Below, piece by piece: positions 29,973 to 40,589 of a stretch of 64,000 nt of DNA (the stretch's first letter is position 1; every line of letters begins with the position of its first letter). The notes beneath the pieces were generated by a model. That model ran no database searches and was not told where the DNA came from. It was given only the letters and a program-made list of their open reading frames with translations. Source of the DNA: Candidatus Brocadiia bacterium (GTDB lineage: Bacteria; Planctomycetota; Brocadiia; SM23-32); NCBI GenBank assembly GCA_046538485.1, contig JBKHIT010000005.1, positions 32,001 through 96,000 on the forward strand, written 5' to 3'. The position numbers and the translations under genes are program-made.

Positions 29973-31400
29973 TTGAAGATTGTTGAACAGGTATTTAAAG
30001 CCAATGATATTCGCGGTGAATACCCGGACGAAATTGATGAGAAATTTGCGTATCTGCTGGGACAGGCCATCGGAGAGATCATAGGGGCAGAAAATGTTGT
30101 TATCGGGCGTGATAGCCGTCTGAGCTCGCCGAGCCTCAGTGCTTCCCTTGCCGCTGGGGTGGAACAAGCCGGGGGCAAGGTCGCATCGCTGGGAATATGT
30201 CCCGCCGAACTGACGTATTATGCCGTCACCGCGGAAAAACATTTCGATCACGCCGTCATGGTTACCGCCAGCCACAATCCGCCTCGCGACAACGGATTCA
30301 AGATCGTTGATGAAAATGCAGTGCCGGTGACATGCGAGAGCGGGTTGGAAGAAGTTAAAAACTGGGTGGCACTGGCAAATCCACCGCAGATCTTCCCCGT
30401 AGCGCGAGAAGCTGATTACTCTCTCCGGAAAGAGTACGTGGATTTTGCTGTGGAGATAGCCGGGATACCGGAGACAAAGGGGATGAAAATTGCAATTGAT
30501 CCGGCGAACGGAACGGGTGGTATCCTCTGGGATCGGCTTTCGGAAGCCACCGGTATCAGGCCACTGCGGTTAAACTTTGAACCGGACGGACGATTCCCTT
30601 CTCATGCGCCCAATCCTGCCAAACGAAAAAATTTGAAGCCGCTCAAAGATAAAGTTAATTCGGGAAATGCCAATCTGGGACTTGCTTACGATGGAGATGC
30701 CGACAGAACGGTGGCCATGACTGATGAGGGGGAAATCGTCGATGGCAGTGGTATGATTGCTCTCCTTATTGAATACTTATTCGGCAAAGATAAAAACGCT
30801 TGCTGTGCGGTCAGTATGACTACCAGCCGAAATGTTCTGGAGTGGATGCGAAATCGCGGGATGGAGCCGGAAATTGTGCCGGTGGGACACGCGAAGGTTA
30901 AACGTATAATGAACGACAGAGCGGATATCGATTTCGCTGGTGAAGAATCGGGACACTACTTCTATCGAAGTCTTTCCAATTGTGAGAGCTCCATTCTGAC
31001 CAGCCTCAACCTGTTTCATTTGCTCGCCAGAAGGCGTTTGAAACCTGTTTTGCGAGAAGTATCGGCAAAGTGGAAACGGCCCGTGTCCGAACCGGAATTC
31101 CCTTTCGACGAGAGGAAGAAAGCTACAGACGCCTGCAGATCCGCTGCCGAACGTTTTTTACATGGTGCACCTGAACCGCTGGAGATTATGTGCGAGCATA
31201 GCGGGGAGATTGTCCGTAATTGTACGACGGCCGATATCGCGGATTCTAACGGTGTTCGTGTGGATTTTGAAGACTGGTGGTTTGCCGTTCGGCCGTCGGG
31301 AACCGAACCTCTTGTTCGGCTGACCGGGGAGGCCGATAGCCACGAAGCCATCGCTGGGAAGCTTGCACCTCTGAAGAAGTGGTTGCAGGTCAATAAGTAG
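29973..31400 (+). CDS. Phosphomannomutase/phosphoglucomutase
   Basis: DIRG, TASHNP, DGDADR, GEESGH, RPSGTEP. Confidence 0.93.
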   Translation: MKIVEQVFKANDIRGEYPDEIDEKFAYLLGQAIGEIIGAENVVIGRDSRLSSPSLSASLAAGVEQAGGKVASLGICPAELTYYAVTAEKHFDHAVMVTASHNPPRDNGFKIVDENAVPVTCESGLEEVKNWVALANPPQIFPVAREADYSLRKEYVDFAVEIAGIPETKGMKIAIDPANGTGGILWDRLSEATGIRPLRLNFEPDGRFPSHAPNPAKRKNLKPLKDKVNSGNANLGLAYDGDADRTVAMTDEGEIVDGSGMIALLIEYLFGKDKNACCAVSMTTSRNVLEWMRNRGMEPEIVPVGHAKVKRIMNDRADIDFAGEESGHYFYRSLSNCESSILTSLNLFHLLARRRLKPVLREVSAKWKRPVSEPEFPFDERKKATDACRSAAERFLHGAPEPLEIMCEHSGEIVRNCTTADIADSNGVRVDFEDWWFAVRPSGTEPLVRLTGEADSHEAIAGKLAPLKKWLQVNK

Positions 31401-31512
31401 CGGTAACCGTTACGCTTGTGGTCTCTGCTTTTGCCTTATCTTTTCCGTTTCGGGTTCGTTTGTCCGTCGGGGGACTTGCGGTGTTGTTTAGACCTCCCTG
31501 CGTCCGGAAATA

Positions 31513-31541
31513 TTGACCGCGTGTCGGGAATGGGCTAGAAT
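31513..31541 (+). promoter_or_regulatory. Sigma70 promoter
   Basis: TTGACC, 17 bp, TAGAAT. Confidence 0.65.
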
Positions 31542-31590
31542 AACAATAGATCTTTTCTATGTTATTTCATGAAGACAGGATCACAGTTCT

Positions 31591-34500
31591 GTGTCCGATT
31601 ACGAAAAGAAAAAAGTCCGGAACCTCCATCGTACAATCGATGAGGTACGTAAAAGGGCGGCAGCGCTGAACCATTGGAATGGGATTTTTGCCGCATTGGG
31701 GATCGTTATAGTGTACCTGGGAGTGGGAGCATTAATGACCAGTTGGTTGCCGTGGCTTGCGATGTTGCGGGTGCCATTCTGGGCGCTCGCTGGTGTTCTG
31801 GGGATCGGAACTTACTGGTGGCAAGGGCCACGGTTTCTGCGTTACTACGAGAGCGATGAGCAGATAGCAAAATTGATCGAGCGAGAATGTCCTGAGGTGG
31901 GGGATGTTCCCATCAATGCCATCCAACTGGAGAAGGAACTGGAATCGGGCACCTCGTTTTCTCGAGATTTGATTGGCGGTTTTCTGCGAAAAGCAGAGGA
32001 AACAACGACCGGTGTTGAAATGCTGATCAGTCTGCAAGAAATACCTGTTTTCCGGCATATTTTATATTTGTTTTTGGCATTCGTTCTTTTTGGTGTCTTA
32101 TATCTCTTCCCACCCACCGATCTGGATAAAGGGTTTGCTCACCTCATTTACGGTCCGCCTGTTGCTGCACCTCCTGCAGAAGCCAAACGGGAATTGACCC
32201 TCTCTGACCTTTCCGTAACGTATCATTTCCCGGATTACCTGAATCGTTCTCCCCGCAATATTCAGGGAAGCGACGGGAATATTCAAGCTCCTCTGGGCAC
32301 CGAAGTGCTGCTTGAGGGACGGCTGAGTTGGACCGCAAACTCGGTGCGGTTCGTTGTTAACGGAGAAACCCAGGCCAGACCCTCGCTGGACAAAAATGGC
32401 CAATTCCAGGTCCGCTTTGCTTTGATGAGTGAGGGGACATATCATTTTGAGTCTTTTGACGAGGCCGGAGAACCGACAGCGACGGCGGACCGTAAAATAC
32501 GGACTGAGGATGATCGCCGGCCGAAAGTCCAGATAACGGGTGTCACCCCTCGGCCCAACCCCCAGGGCAGGATCGAAATAGAGAAGAGCGGAGCAGTCCG
32601 ACTCGATTATCGGTGTACGGATGATCACGGTATCGGCGAAGTATTTCTCGAATATCAGTCCGGCGGTTCCCGACATACGCGACAAATAGCTACCTCTTCG
32701 ACCGGACGCAAAAGTATTAACTCCCAATATGAATGGGGAGTCCCGGGTTCAGGGGGGCGGCTATCCAAGAAGCTGGCTCTCCGCATTGGCGCTCGGGATA
32801 AAGACAACATTTCCGGGCCGAAAACTGGTTACAGTCGTACGATTACGGTTCATCTGGTCACCGATGAAATGCGGCATCGAAGAATTCTGGCCCGGCAGGA
32901 ACAACTCAAACGCCGAATGGTGAATTTGCTGGCGGACGAACTGATTTTTGCAACCGCCCCGCTGAAACCTGGCAAGAACCTGACGGCCGATCAGGCCGTG
33001 CTGCGGTCGCTGCATGACATTATGCTTCTTAACCAGCTTATACTTCGAGAAATGCGTGGCGATCCACTTGTTGATCAGACATTCTATGATGAGTTAACTT
33101 CGATGTTGGAAAGACGTGAATCTGAAAATGCAGCCTTAAGGAAGGCCCTGAGGGAGTCACGAAGAGTTCCCCCGGCAGGCAGGAAAAATGAGGAATCCAG
33201 AGAGGCGAACATCTCTCAGGCGGTACGTGAAATTGTGCCTCCTCTGGAGGATGACATAATACAGCTGGATGACTTGCTGGAAATGGCTCACCTTCGCTCG
33301 GCCCGAAGAATGGCAGAACGTATGGCGAAGATGCAGCAAGAACTGGCGAAGCTGATTCGGAAAATGAAGGAAGGTGGATTAACCGCAGAGGAATTGCAAC
33401 AGATCAAACAACGCATTGCCGCTATGAAAAGGATGATGGATGAGCTGTCGCGTCGGTTGGCTATGAGTGCGCGCAAAATAGAAAGGGAGTTTATGAATCC
33501 CGATGCCCTCCAAACTCTGGGTATGCGGGAAGAATTGGCAGAGAAACTCGATAATCTGCAGGAAATGGCTGAAAAAGGACGCCTTGATGAAGCGCTTTCC
33601 GAAGCCGAAAAACTGAGCCAGCAACTGCAAAATATGATGCAGGGATTGTCGCAATCTGGGCAGAGACTTGCTGCTGCGCGTATGAGCCCTTATCTGCGAA
33701 AACTCCGAAAGTTTCAGCAGGACCTGAACAGGATCCGAGAGGAACAGGCTGATATCCGGGATGCGACAAGCGCAATACGCAGAAAAATGCGAGAGGAAAT
33801 CGTCCGAAACGAAGCCGGCGATCTGGAATCTTTTACCAAAAAGCAGCTTAAGCGGGCGGAGCAAATCTCACAGGAAATCGAAAAAGTGCTGGAGCGAGCT
33901 CGTAATACACCTGATCTCGAGCAATATCGTACATTGCGACAAAAACTCAGGAATAAGCTCAGGGAGATGGCCACCGCGGAAGGAGAAGGCGCCGTTAACA
34001 GGCTACCTGAGAAATTGAGCGGAGAGCTGGAAGATATTACTTCCCAGATGCGATCGCTCAAAGGGGGCGATGCAGCCGATAGTATTCTCAGCGGCGCAGA
34101 GAAAGCAAAAGATGAAGTGAAGCAGCTAAAAAAGTCTTTGGAGAATTACGATTTCCAAAAGGCGCTGAAACGGGCCAACAATACCCGCCGGGAAATGCAA
34201 GAATGGGGAAATATCTGTAAAAGGGCTGGTTCACCGCGCGAAATGACTCAGCATGCGTCCTCGGCAGCTGATACGGCCGCAAAAATCAGCAACGATATCC
34301 GGAAGATGGCGGAAAAGATCCAGAAAGCCGGGCGAAGCGGCGCTTCCGGCGCACATGGCAAATCTGCTCAGGTTATTGGTGGACGACAGAGACAGACACT
34401 GCAAAAACTCCGCGATGCTCGGGGCCAAAAAGGTAGGGTGGGTAACCAGGAAATGAAAAATGCTCTCGATCAAGCTGATCGGCATATGGATTCAGCGACC

Positions 34501-34827
34501 GCAGGACTTTCCAAACGGCATATCGGCCGACCATTGGAGGATCAGCAAGCAGCTCTTGAACAGCTTGATCGTGCAATCCAGGAAGGGAAGGGTAAAATCC
34601 AGCAGATGCAACAAAATATGCAGGGCAGGGCCGCTCGTATGGCGGGAGGGCGAGCGGGTCGTGAAGGGCGCTCGGGAGCCGGCCGGGACCGCGTTCAGAT
34701 CCCCGATCCTTCCGCGTATCGAGTCCCCGAGGAATTTCGTGAACAAATTCAAAAAGCACTCAGCGATGGTCTCCCTTCGGATCACCGTGAAGCCAATGAA
34801 AGATATTTTGAAGATCTGGTGGAATAA
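31591..34827 (+). CDS. DUF4175-like membrane protein with Ig-like domains and long coiled coil
   Basis: 3 TMs, P.Y, DD.P.V, DDHG, long Q/E/K-rich coil, VPEEFR..YFEDL C-terminus. Confidence 0.75.
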   Translation: MSDYEKKKVRNLHRTIDEVRKRAAALNHWNGIFAALGIVIVYLGVGALMTSWLPWLAMLRVPFWALAGVLGIGTYWWQGPRFLRYYESDEQIAKLIERECPEVGDVPINAIQLEKELESGTSFSRDLIGGFLRKAEETTTGVEMLISLQEIPVFRHILYLFLAFVLFGVLYLFPPTDLDKGFAHLIYGPPVAAPPAEAKRELTLSDLSVTYHFPDYLNRSPRNIQGSDGNIQAPLGTEVLLEGRLSWTANSVRFVVNGETQARPSLDKNGQFQVRFALMSEGTYHFESFDEAGEPTATADRKIRTEDDRRPKVQITGVTPRPNPQGRIEIEKSGAVRLDYRCTDDHGIGEVFLEYQSGGSRHTRQIATSSTGRKSINSQYEWGVPGSGGRLSKKLALRIGARDKDNISGPKTGYSRTITVHLVTDEMRHRRILARQEQLKRRMVNLLADELIFATAPLKPGKNLTADQAVLRSLHDIMLLNQLILREMRGDPLVDQTFYDELTSMLERRESENAALRKALRESRRVPPAGRKNEESREANISQAVREIVPPLEDDIIQLDDLLEMAHLRSARRMAERMAKMQQELAKLIRKMKEGGLTAEELQQIKQRIAAMKRMMDELSRRLAMSARKIEREFMNPDALQTLGMREELAEKLDNLQEMAEKGRLDEALSEAEKLSQQLQNMMQGLSQSGQRLAAARMSPYLRKLRKFQQDLNRIREEQADIRDATSAIRRKMREEIVRNEAGDLESFTKKQLKRAEQISQEIEKVLERARNTPDLEQYRTLRQKLRNKLREMATAEGEGAVNRLPEKLSGELEDITSQMRSLKGGDAADSILSGAEKAKDEVKQLKKSLENYDFQKALKRANNTRREMQEWGNICKRAGSPREMTQHASSAADTAAKISNDIRKMAEKIQKAGRSGASGAHGKSAQVIGGRQRQTLQKLRDARGQKGRVGNQEMKNALDQADRHMDSATAGLSKRHIGRPLEDQQAALEQLDRAIQEGKGKIQQMQQNMQGRAARMAGGRAGREGRSGAGRDRVQIPDPSAYRVPEEFREQIQKALSDGLPSDHREANERYFEDLVE

Positions 34828-34835
34828 AATATATT

Positions 34836-36500
34836 ATGCTCGATATACCATACGAACGAAGCGCGACCGGGGAGAAAAAGAATAAAATCCGTACCCTGTC
34901 TGCAGTTATGACTTTCTCTTTGTTGGCGTTTCTCAACGCTTTCTCGTTGCATGCCGCGGATGCGGGAGGCGAGGAAAAACTGTCCGAAGTGACGAATGCG
35001 AAACTCGCCCAAAGGTGTCTTACGGCTCTGCGGGAATGGCGCATAGGAGATGCTGAGGGGTATGTTGAGGAAGCCAAACGGCGGGATGCCGATTCGGAAC
35101 TGGCGAACGCTCTCTCCGCGAACGTGGCTTTTATGGAAGGCGATTACGAAGTTTCCCGCCGACACGCAGATGCCCTGGAAGATGCCTCGGCCAGTATAAA
35201 AGATGTTGCCCGTATACTTCGCCAGCTGAAATCATTGCATAGTTCTTTTCAGCGGACCGAAAGTGAGAATTTTGAAATCCGCTGGGCCGAGCGCCCCGAC
35301 AGGATTGTCGCGGAATATGCCCCCGAAGTGCTTGAAAAAGCCATGGAAACGCTGTGCGATACTCTGGAATGGAAAGCGCCCGAAAGACGTATCGTGGTCG
35401 AAATTTACCCCGATATTGGCAGTTTTTCGACGGCGACGACTCTGCAGATGGACGAAATCGAAACCAGCGGGGCCGTCGCCATCTGCAAATTCAATCGTCT
35501 TATGATCGCAAGCCCGCGCCTTTATCTTCAGGGTTACCGGTGGGCCGACACTCTGGCTCACGAACTGACGCACTACGTTATCATCAAAAAAACCGCGAAC
35601 GGAATTCCGGTGTGGCTTCATGAAGGAGCGGCAAAATATTGCGAGGAACTCTGGCGCCTACCGGAAAAAGATATGCGGCTCGACCCACTTCACGCCACTC
35701 TTCTTGCCGAAGCCCGTGAAGATAATCATTACATCGGTTTTGACGAAATGCACATATCGCTTGTGAAACTCGATACGCAGGAAGAGGTCGCTCTGGCATA
35801 CGCCGAAGTTGTCAGTTTTGTCCGGTTCTTGCGCGAGTTGAAAAAGAAAAACCCTCTGCCCGAACTTCTCGATCGGGTTGCCTCAGGTGCACAACCACGC
35901 GAAGCGCTTTCGGCAATGACAGGACTTCCCTGGAAACAACTCTACGCAAAGTGGAAGAACTGGCTTGCGAATGAAAAATTGGACCGAATCCCGGGTCTTC
36001 GCGTTTTGCCCCGTAAACTCACAAAAGGCGGAGATAATACCGAACAGACAGGTGATCTATCAGAAAGATTACCTGATGAGGCTTATCACTTTGCTCGGCT
36101 CGGCGATATGTTGCGAGATGAGGCAAGACCCGGTGCGGCCGCCATCGAATACGCTAAAGCGACGAAGAAAACTCCCTTTATCTCGCCGCATCTCAACGTG
36201 CGTCTGGCGCGGATGCAGTTGAGAAGTGGCGCGATGGAAAAAGCGGCTCAGATATTGACGAAAACGGAACGTTATTACGGCGATTATCTCCCGCTGCACG
36301 TGGCTCGCGCCGAACTTGCTATGCGAAAGAAAAACAATACGCGGGCGCTCTCAGCCCTGCAGGAAGCCATCCACATTAATCCTTTCGATCCGCGTCCTCA
36401 TGAGGTCCTGGTGGAGCTTTACAGCCAAGCAGGCGAACAGCAAAAGCGAAAGCGTGAGGAACGTGTCCTCAGGCTGATCTACGAATGGCTGCGGTTGTAA
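34836..36500 (+). CDS. TPR protein with peptidase MA-like (gluzincin) domain
   Basis: LAHELTH...PVWLHEG, flanking TPRs, signal peptide. Confidence 0.8.
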   Translation: MLDIPYERSATGEKKNKIRTLSAVMTFSLLAFLNAFSLHAADAGGEEKLSEVTNAKLAQRCLTALREWRIGDAEGYVEEAKRRDADSELANALSANVAFMEGDYEVSRRHADALEDASASIKDVARILRQLKSLHSSFQRTESENFEIRWAERPDRIVAEYAPEVLEKAMETLCDTLEWKAPERRIVVEIYPDIGSFSTATTLQMDEIETSGAVAICKFNRLMIASPRLYLQGYRWADTLAHELTHYVIIKKTANGIPVWLHEGAAKYCEELWRLPEKDMRLDPLHATLLAEAREDNHYIGFDEMHISLVKLDTQEEVALAYAEVVSFVRFLRELKKKNPLPELLDRVASGAQPREALSAMTGLPWKQLYAKWKNWLANEKLDRIPGLRVLPRKLTKGGDNTEQTGDLSERLPDEAYHFARLGDMLRDEARPGAAAIEYAKATKKTPFISPHLNVRLARMQLRSGAMEKAAQILTKTERYYGDYLPLHVARAELAMRKKNNTRALSALQEAIHINPFDPRPHEVLVELYSQAGEQQKRKREERVLRLIYEWLRL

Positions 36501-36763
36501 CCCGGCCGAGAATGGGCCTGCGAAAGTTTTCTGCAATCGGGAAAACGTCCTCACATTAGCCATATCACGCATGCGTACCATTGCGAGCCGCCGCGGCAAT
36601 CCAGAAGTGCAGCCCCATAACACGAGGCGAAGAGGTATCCTTTGCACTGACGGGTACAACGAGCGAAAAAGTGACTTTGCCGGGGTTTGTTCCCCGCCTT
36701 CGGTTTCTATGTCCCGCCCCTTCATGTAGAATTGTATTTTCCGATTTTGTTTCAGGGGATTTT

Positions 36764-39622
36764 ATGCCAGGGAAGACGGACCTCACCTTTGTATCTATCA
36801 TTACCACCGGACCGATCCCGGAGGACGACGACGTTGTGGAAGTTGCCGCGTTTCGGGTTTCCGAAGACGATGCCCGGGACGAGTTCCACGAGCTTGCCGA
36901 CCCGGACAAGTTACCTGTGGTCATCCAGGAGATTACGGGCCTTACGGAAAACGATCTGGCAGGTTGCAACGGCGCGACGAAGGTTCTTCAAGAACTGGCT
37001 GACTGGGTCGGCGACGGTCCAATCGTCGTCGACGATGCCAATAAATTTGCCCACTTTCTGGAAACGTCACATATCCATCCCCCCGATGATCTTCTCGATA
37101 GCCGTCGTCTGGCGCGTATTGTCCGACCGGAAAGCACCGATTTTGAGTTGACGTCTGTCGCGGAAGAACTCGATCTGGAGCCCCCGGAGTTTCGGCGCGC
37201 ATCGGATCTCGTCGAACTGACCCGCGACGTCTGGGAAGCTCTGCAGGGTGAACTCGTTAAACTGCCCGGGCCGACGCTGGATGCGCTCTATCGTATCGCT
37301 GCAGCGGCTTCGAGCCCGCTGGTAGCAATCCTGGCCGATGCGGCGAACCGGAAGGAAGGTTTCCAGCTTTCCGATGACCGGGGGCTGAAACTCGAAAGCG
37401 TCTTCCGAAGCCATCGGGAGCTTTTCTCGCAGGCGCAGCATTACGAGCAGCCAGAACCACAGGACGACGAACTCGATACGGACAAAATATGCGCGATGTT
37501 CAGTCCCGATGGAGCGGTCGGGCGGCATCTCAGGGATTACGAGGAGCGTGAAGAGCAGGTCGAAATGACGCTCGAAGTTTGCCAGGCCTTTAACACCCCT
37601 TATCACCTGATGTTTGAGGCCGGAACGGGGACCGGTAAATCGATGGCTTATCTGCTGCCAGCGATCGCCTGGGCTCGCCAGAATGAGGACAAAGTTGTCA
37701 TCTCGACCAATACGAAGAATCTGCAGGAACAGCTTTTCCACAAAGATCTTCCTTTTCTGCGAGAATTATTGGGGGGGCGCTTCGAAGCCGCGCTGCTGAA
37801 GGGCCGCGGGAATTATCTCTGCGTGCGTCGGTTCCTGCGAACTGTCCGGTATTTCGACCGGGAATTGAGCGAACGCGAACAGCTTGAAGCTATGTTGCCG
37901 TTGATCGTGTGGGCTTCGCGAACCGAAAGCGGGGATCTGGCTGAATGCCGGGGACTGATCACGAGCGAGGCCGCTTTCGGACTCATCCCGAGCGTCACCA
38001 GCACGGGCGACGAGTGCGCGGGACGGGCCTGTCCTTACAGCGACCGCTGTTTTGTGCGGCGTGCACGCTGTCTCGCGCAACTGGCCGATGTCATTGTGGC
38101 CAACCACGCGCTGGTTTTTGCAGATGTTGGCCTCGATCAGCCGTATCTGCCTTTGAAACGGTGCGTGATTTTCGATGAGGCGCACAATATTGAAGATGTG
38201 GCTACCGAAGCCGTTGCGGCCGGCGCCGATAGCCTGAGCGTTTTCCGGATCACCAACCGACTCTGGCGAGCACGTAAAGACGGTTCGGGAAGTGGCATGG
38301 TCGCTACTGTTATGGCGATTGCGAACAAGCAACTCCCCGAAAAAGGCCCACTGAGTCGGGACACGGTCATTGATCTTGCGCAGGGTGTTATCGAATCGAT
38401 TGATGAGGCTGTCGATGCGACGCGGGACTGTTTTGGGACCATGGAGGCGCCCTTCGATTCTGTCCCGGCGCACGAAGAAAAAATCCTCCTGGAAGATTGT
38501 CAGCCGGCCGTGGGAATTGATGGCCCAACGGGGGAGGCAGCGGAGAAACTCAATAAGAAACTGCACCGTCTGGGGGGCCGGATCGAAGATCTCGCCGAGT
38601 GCCTCGAGCTCAACAATGAAAAGATGGAGAATGCGAACGAGCTGGCGCGGGACCTGCGCGCGCAGGTGACCCGGCTCCATGAAGTTACCGATACCCTGGA
38701 GTTCGTGCTGGCCCAGGAGGAGGAAGATTATGTCTACTGGGCCGAACGAACGCGTCGCCGTCACCAAACTTTCTATTCTCTCCACGCCGCTCCGCTCGAG
38801 ATCGGAACTTTTATGAAAGGCTTCTTCTTCGATGAGATGCGAACGGTCATTCTTACCTCAGCGACGATGCAGGTGGGTGGGGATTTTGAATACATGCGGG
38901 AACGTCTCGGCGGGTCATCGTTCAGAGAACTTGAACTTCGTTGCGCCGGCGTTGGTTCACCATTTGATTTCGATCAGCAAACACTGGTAGCGGTTCCGAC
39001 ATTTTTGCCGGATGCCGGAGGACGCCGGGACCAGGTTTACGACGCCGAGCTCTCTTCATTTCTGATTGAACTATTGCGCGCTACAGAAGGCCGGGGGCTG
39101 GTACTTTTCACGTCCTATTCGTTACTGAACAACGTGTACGACCGGATAAAACAGCCGCTGGAGCGGGGCGGGGTACCGGTTTTGGCCCAGGGGCGCGACG
39201 GGAGCCGGGAAGCGATCACGGACATCTTCCGACGGGTGACGGATTCGGTGCTTCTCGGGACGCAGAGTTTCTGGGAAGGTGTGGATGTTACCGGCGAGGC
39301 TTTAAGTTGCCTTGTGCTGACGAAACTTCCGTTTCACGTTTTCACGGAACCTCTGGTACAGGGCCGGATCGAGTTCCTGCGTCAGCGCGGCATCGATCCT
39401 TTCTCGCACTATACTTTGCCCGAGGCGGTGATCAGTTTTCGTCAGGGATTCGGCCGCCTGATCCGTCATCGCAATGACCGGGGCGTAATTGTTGTGACTG
39501 ATCGGCGGTTGGTGACCAAAGCCTATGGGCGCGCTTTCATGCAGGACCTCCCGACAAAGCCCGAGGTCTACAAGCAGAAAAACGGCGTTATCGAAGACGT
39601 CCGCCGTTTCTTCGGGGGGTGA
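36764..39622 (+). CDS. dinG: DinG-family Fe-S helicase with N-terminal exonuclease-like domain
   Basis: EAGTGTGKS, KGRGNYLC, Cys cluster, DEAH, TSAT, FWEGVD, QGFGRLIR. Confidence 0.92.
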   Translation: MPGKTDLTFVSIITTGPIPEDDDVVEVAAFRVSEDDARDEFHELADPDKLPVVIQEITGLTENDLAGCNGATKVLQELADWVGDGPIVVDDANKFAHFLETSHIHPPDDLLDSRRLARIVRPESTDFELTSVAEELDLEPPEFRRASDLVELTRDVWEALQGELVKLPGPTLDALYRIAAAASSPLVAILADAANRKEGFQLSDDRGLKLESVFRSHRELFSQAQHYEQPEPQDDELDTDKICAMFSPDGAVGRHLRDYEEREEQVEMTLEVCQAFNTPYHLMFEAGTGTGKSMAYLLPAIAWARQNEDKVVISTNTKNLQEQLFHKDLPFLRELLGGRFEAALLKGRGNYLCVRRFLRTVRYFDRELSEREQLEAMLPLIVWASRTESGDLAECRGLITSEAAFGLIPSVTSTGDECAGRACPYSDRCFVRRARCLAQLADVIVANHALVFADVGLDQPYLPLKRCVIFDEAHNIEDVATEAVAAGADSLSVFRITNRLWRARKDGSGSGMVATVMAIANKQLPEKGPLSRDTVIDLAQGVIESIDEAVDATRDCFGTMEAPFDSVPAHEEKILLEDCQPAVGIDGPTGEAAEKLNKKLHRLGGRIEDLAECLELNNEKMENANELARDLRAQVTRLHEVTDTLEFVLAQEEEDYVYWAERTRRRHQTFYSLHAAPLEIGTFMKGFFFDEMRTVILTSATMQVGGDFEYMRERLGGSSFRELELRCAGVGSPFDFDQQTLVAVPTFLPDAGGRRDQVYDAELSSFLIELLRATEGRGLVLFTSYSLLNNVYDRIKQPLERGGVPVLAQGRDGSREAITDIFRRVTDSVLLGTQSFWEGVDVTGEALSCLVLTKLPFHVFTEPLVQGRIEFLRQRGIDPFSHYTLPEAVISFRQGFGRLIRHRNDRGVIVVTDRRLVTKAYGRAFMQDLPTKPEVYKQKNGVIEDVRRFFGG

Positions 39623-39924
39623 GGGATGCTGTTTTTTGTCTCAGGTTACGCTGAATTTTTGTCCTTGTGTCAAATTCTGATTGTCTTTCTATACAGCAAC
39701 GGAAGTGTGTGCGGTGAATGATCCTGGCGGGTAACGAGCCGATGTGGTTGGGTACTTTTCGGCCTATGAACGTCAGGGAAGAAAAAATCCTTCCGTCCGA
39801 GGTGGATTAGACGGCTCTGAGCTGGTAAAATTACTATGTGTTGAATGGCTGGGAGCGGAAGCGTTATCCGAAGAGATGTGAGTGCAACCTTAAAACATGC
39901 CTCTAACATTGGAGAGGGCGAACG

Positions 39925-40320
39925 ATGAAAAAGAAGTTTCTTATAGTGCTGGCGGTATGGATTGTCATGGCCTACGTAGGGGTATTTATGTTCTCCGTGG
40001 GATTTGCGTCTTCCGAAATGGGAGGGCAGCCCGGGGAAAAGAAAGGGTCTGACACATTATTTTGCATACGGGGAAGCGGGCTCGTGGCTGGCGTTGCGCG
40101 TAAGGTTTTTGTGCCATGCACAACTGTTGTGTCAAGTCTTGATGGTTATACCCTCAGCGAACCCGAAAAGGTACAGGACGTTGAAATGGTTTTCGGATGG
40201 AAATATGCCGCAGGCCGGCAGCCGTGGATAGTCGGGGCGTTTTTTGTTATTTTCATCATATCTACGGTCATTGTATTTAGAAATTTGAGAAAACCTGAGC
40301 CCGAAGAGGAAACATCTTAA
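39925..40320 (+). CDS. Hypothetical two-TM protein
   Basis: GGAG RBS, two hydrophobic segments. Confidence 0.6.
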   Translation: MKKKFLIVLAVWIVMAYVGVFMFSVGFASSEMGGQPGEKKGSDTLFCIRGSGLVAGVARKVFVPCTTVVSSLDGYTLSEPEKVQDVEMVFGWKYAAGRQPWIVGAFFVIFIISTVIVFRNLRKPEPEEETS

Positions 40321-40589
40321 CAGGGTCTTTTTCTTAAACGATTTGCCACTCCCTGTATTTGAATTCAAACGGCCGGCCATCAAAGATGCGCTCAAATACT
40401 ATGTTGGGCGGGTTCCCGGTTTCTGAAAGAGATTTCTGAGGTTGGCGCAGTAACTGACGTTGCTTGCCCCTGTCCTTCGGGGTAAATAAACTTTTGCTCG
40501 CATGCCCCGATAACCAAGCGAAGATAGAGGGGGCGTTACCCGATCAGTTTTGGTGCCGCTTTTCCTGCCGGGAGTGTCCGCCGTCGGCG

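Noticed and set aside
37766..38785. 339-aa minus-strand ORF
   Set aside because: Antisense shadow of dinG
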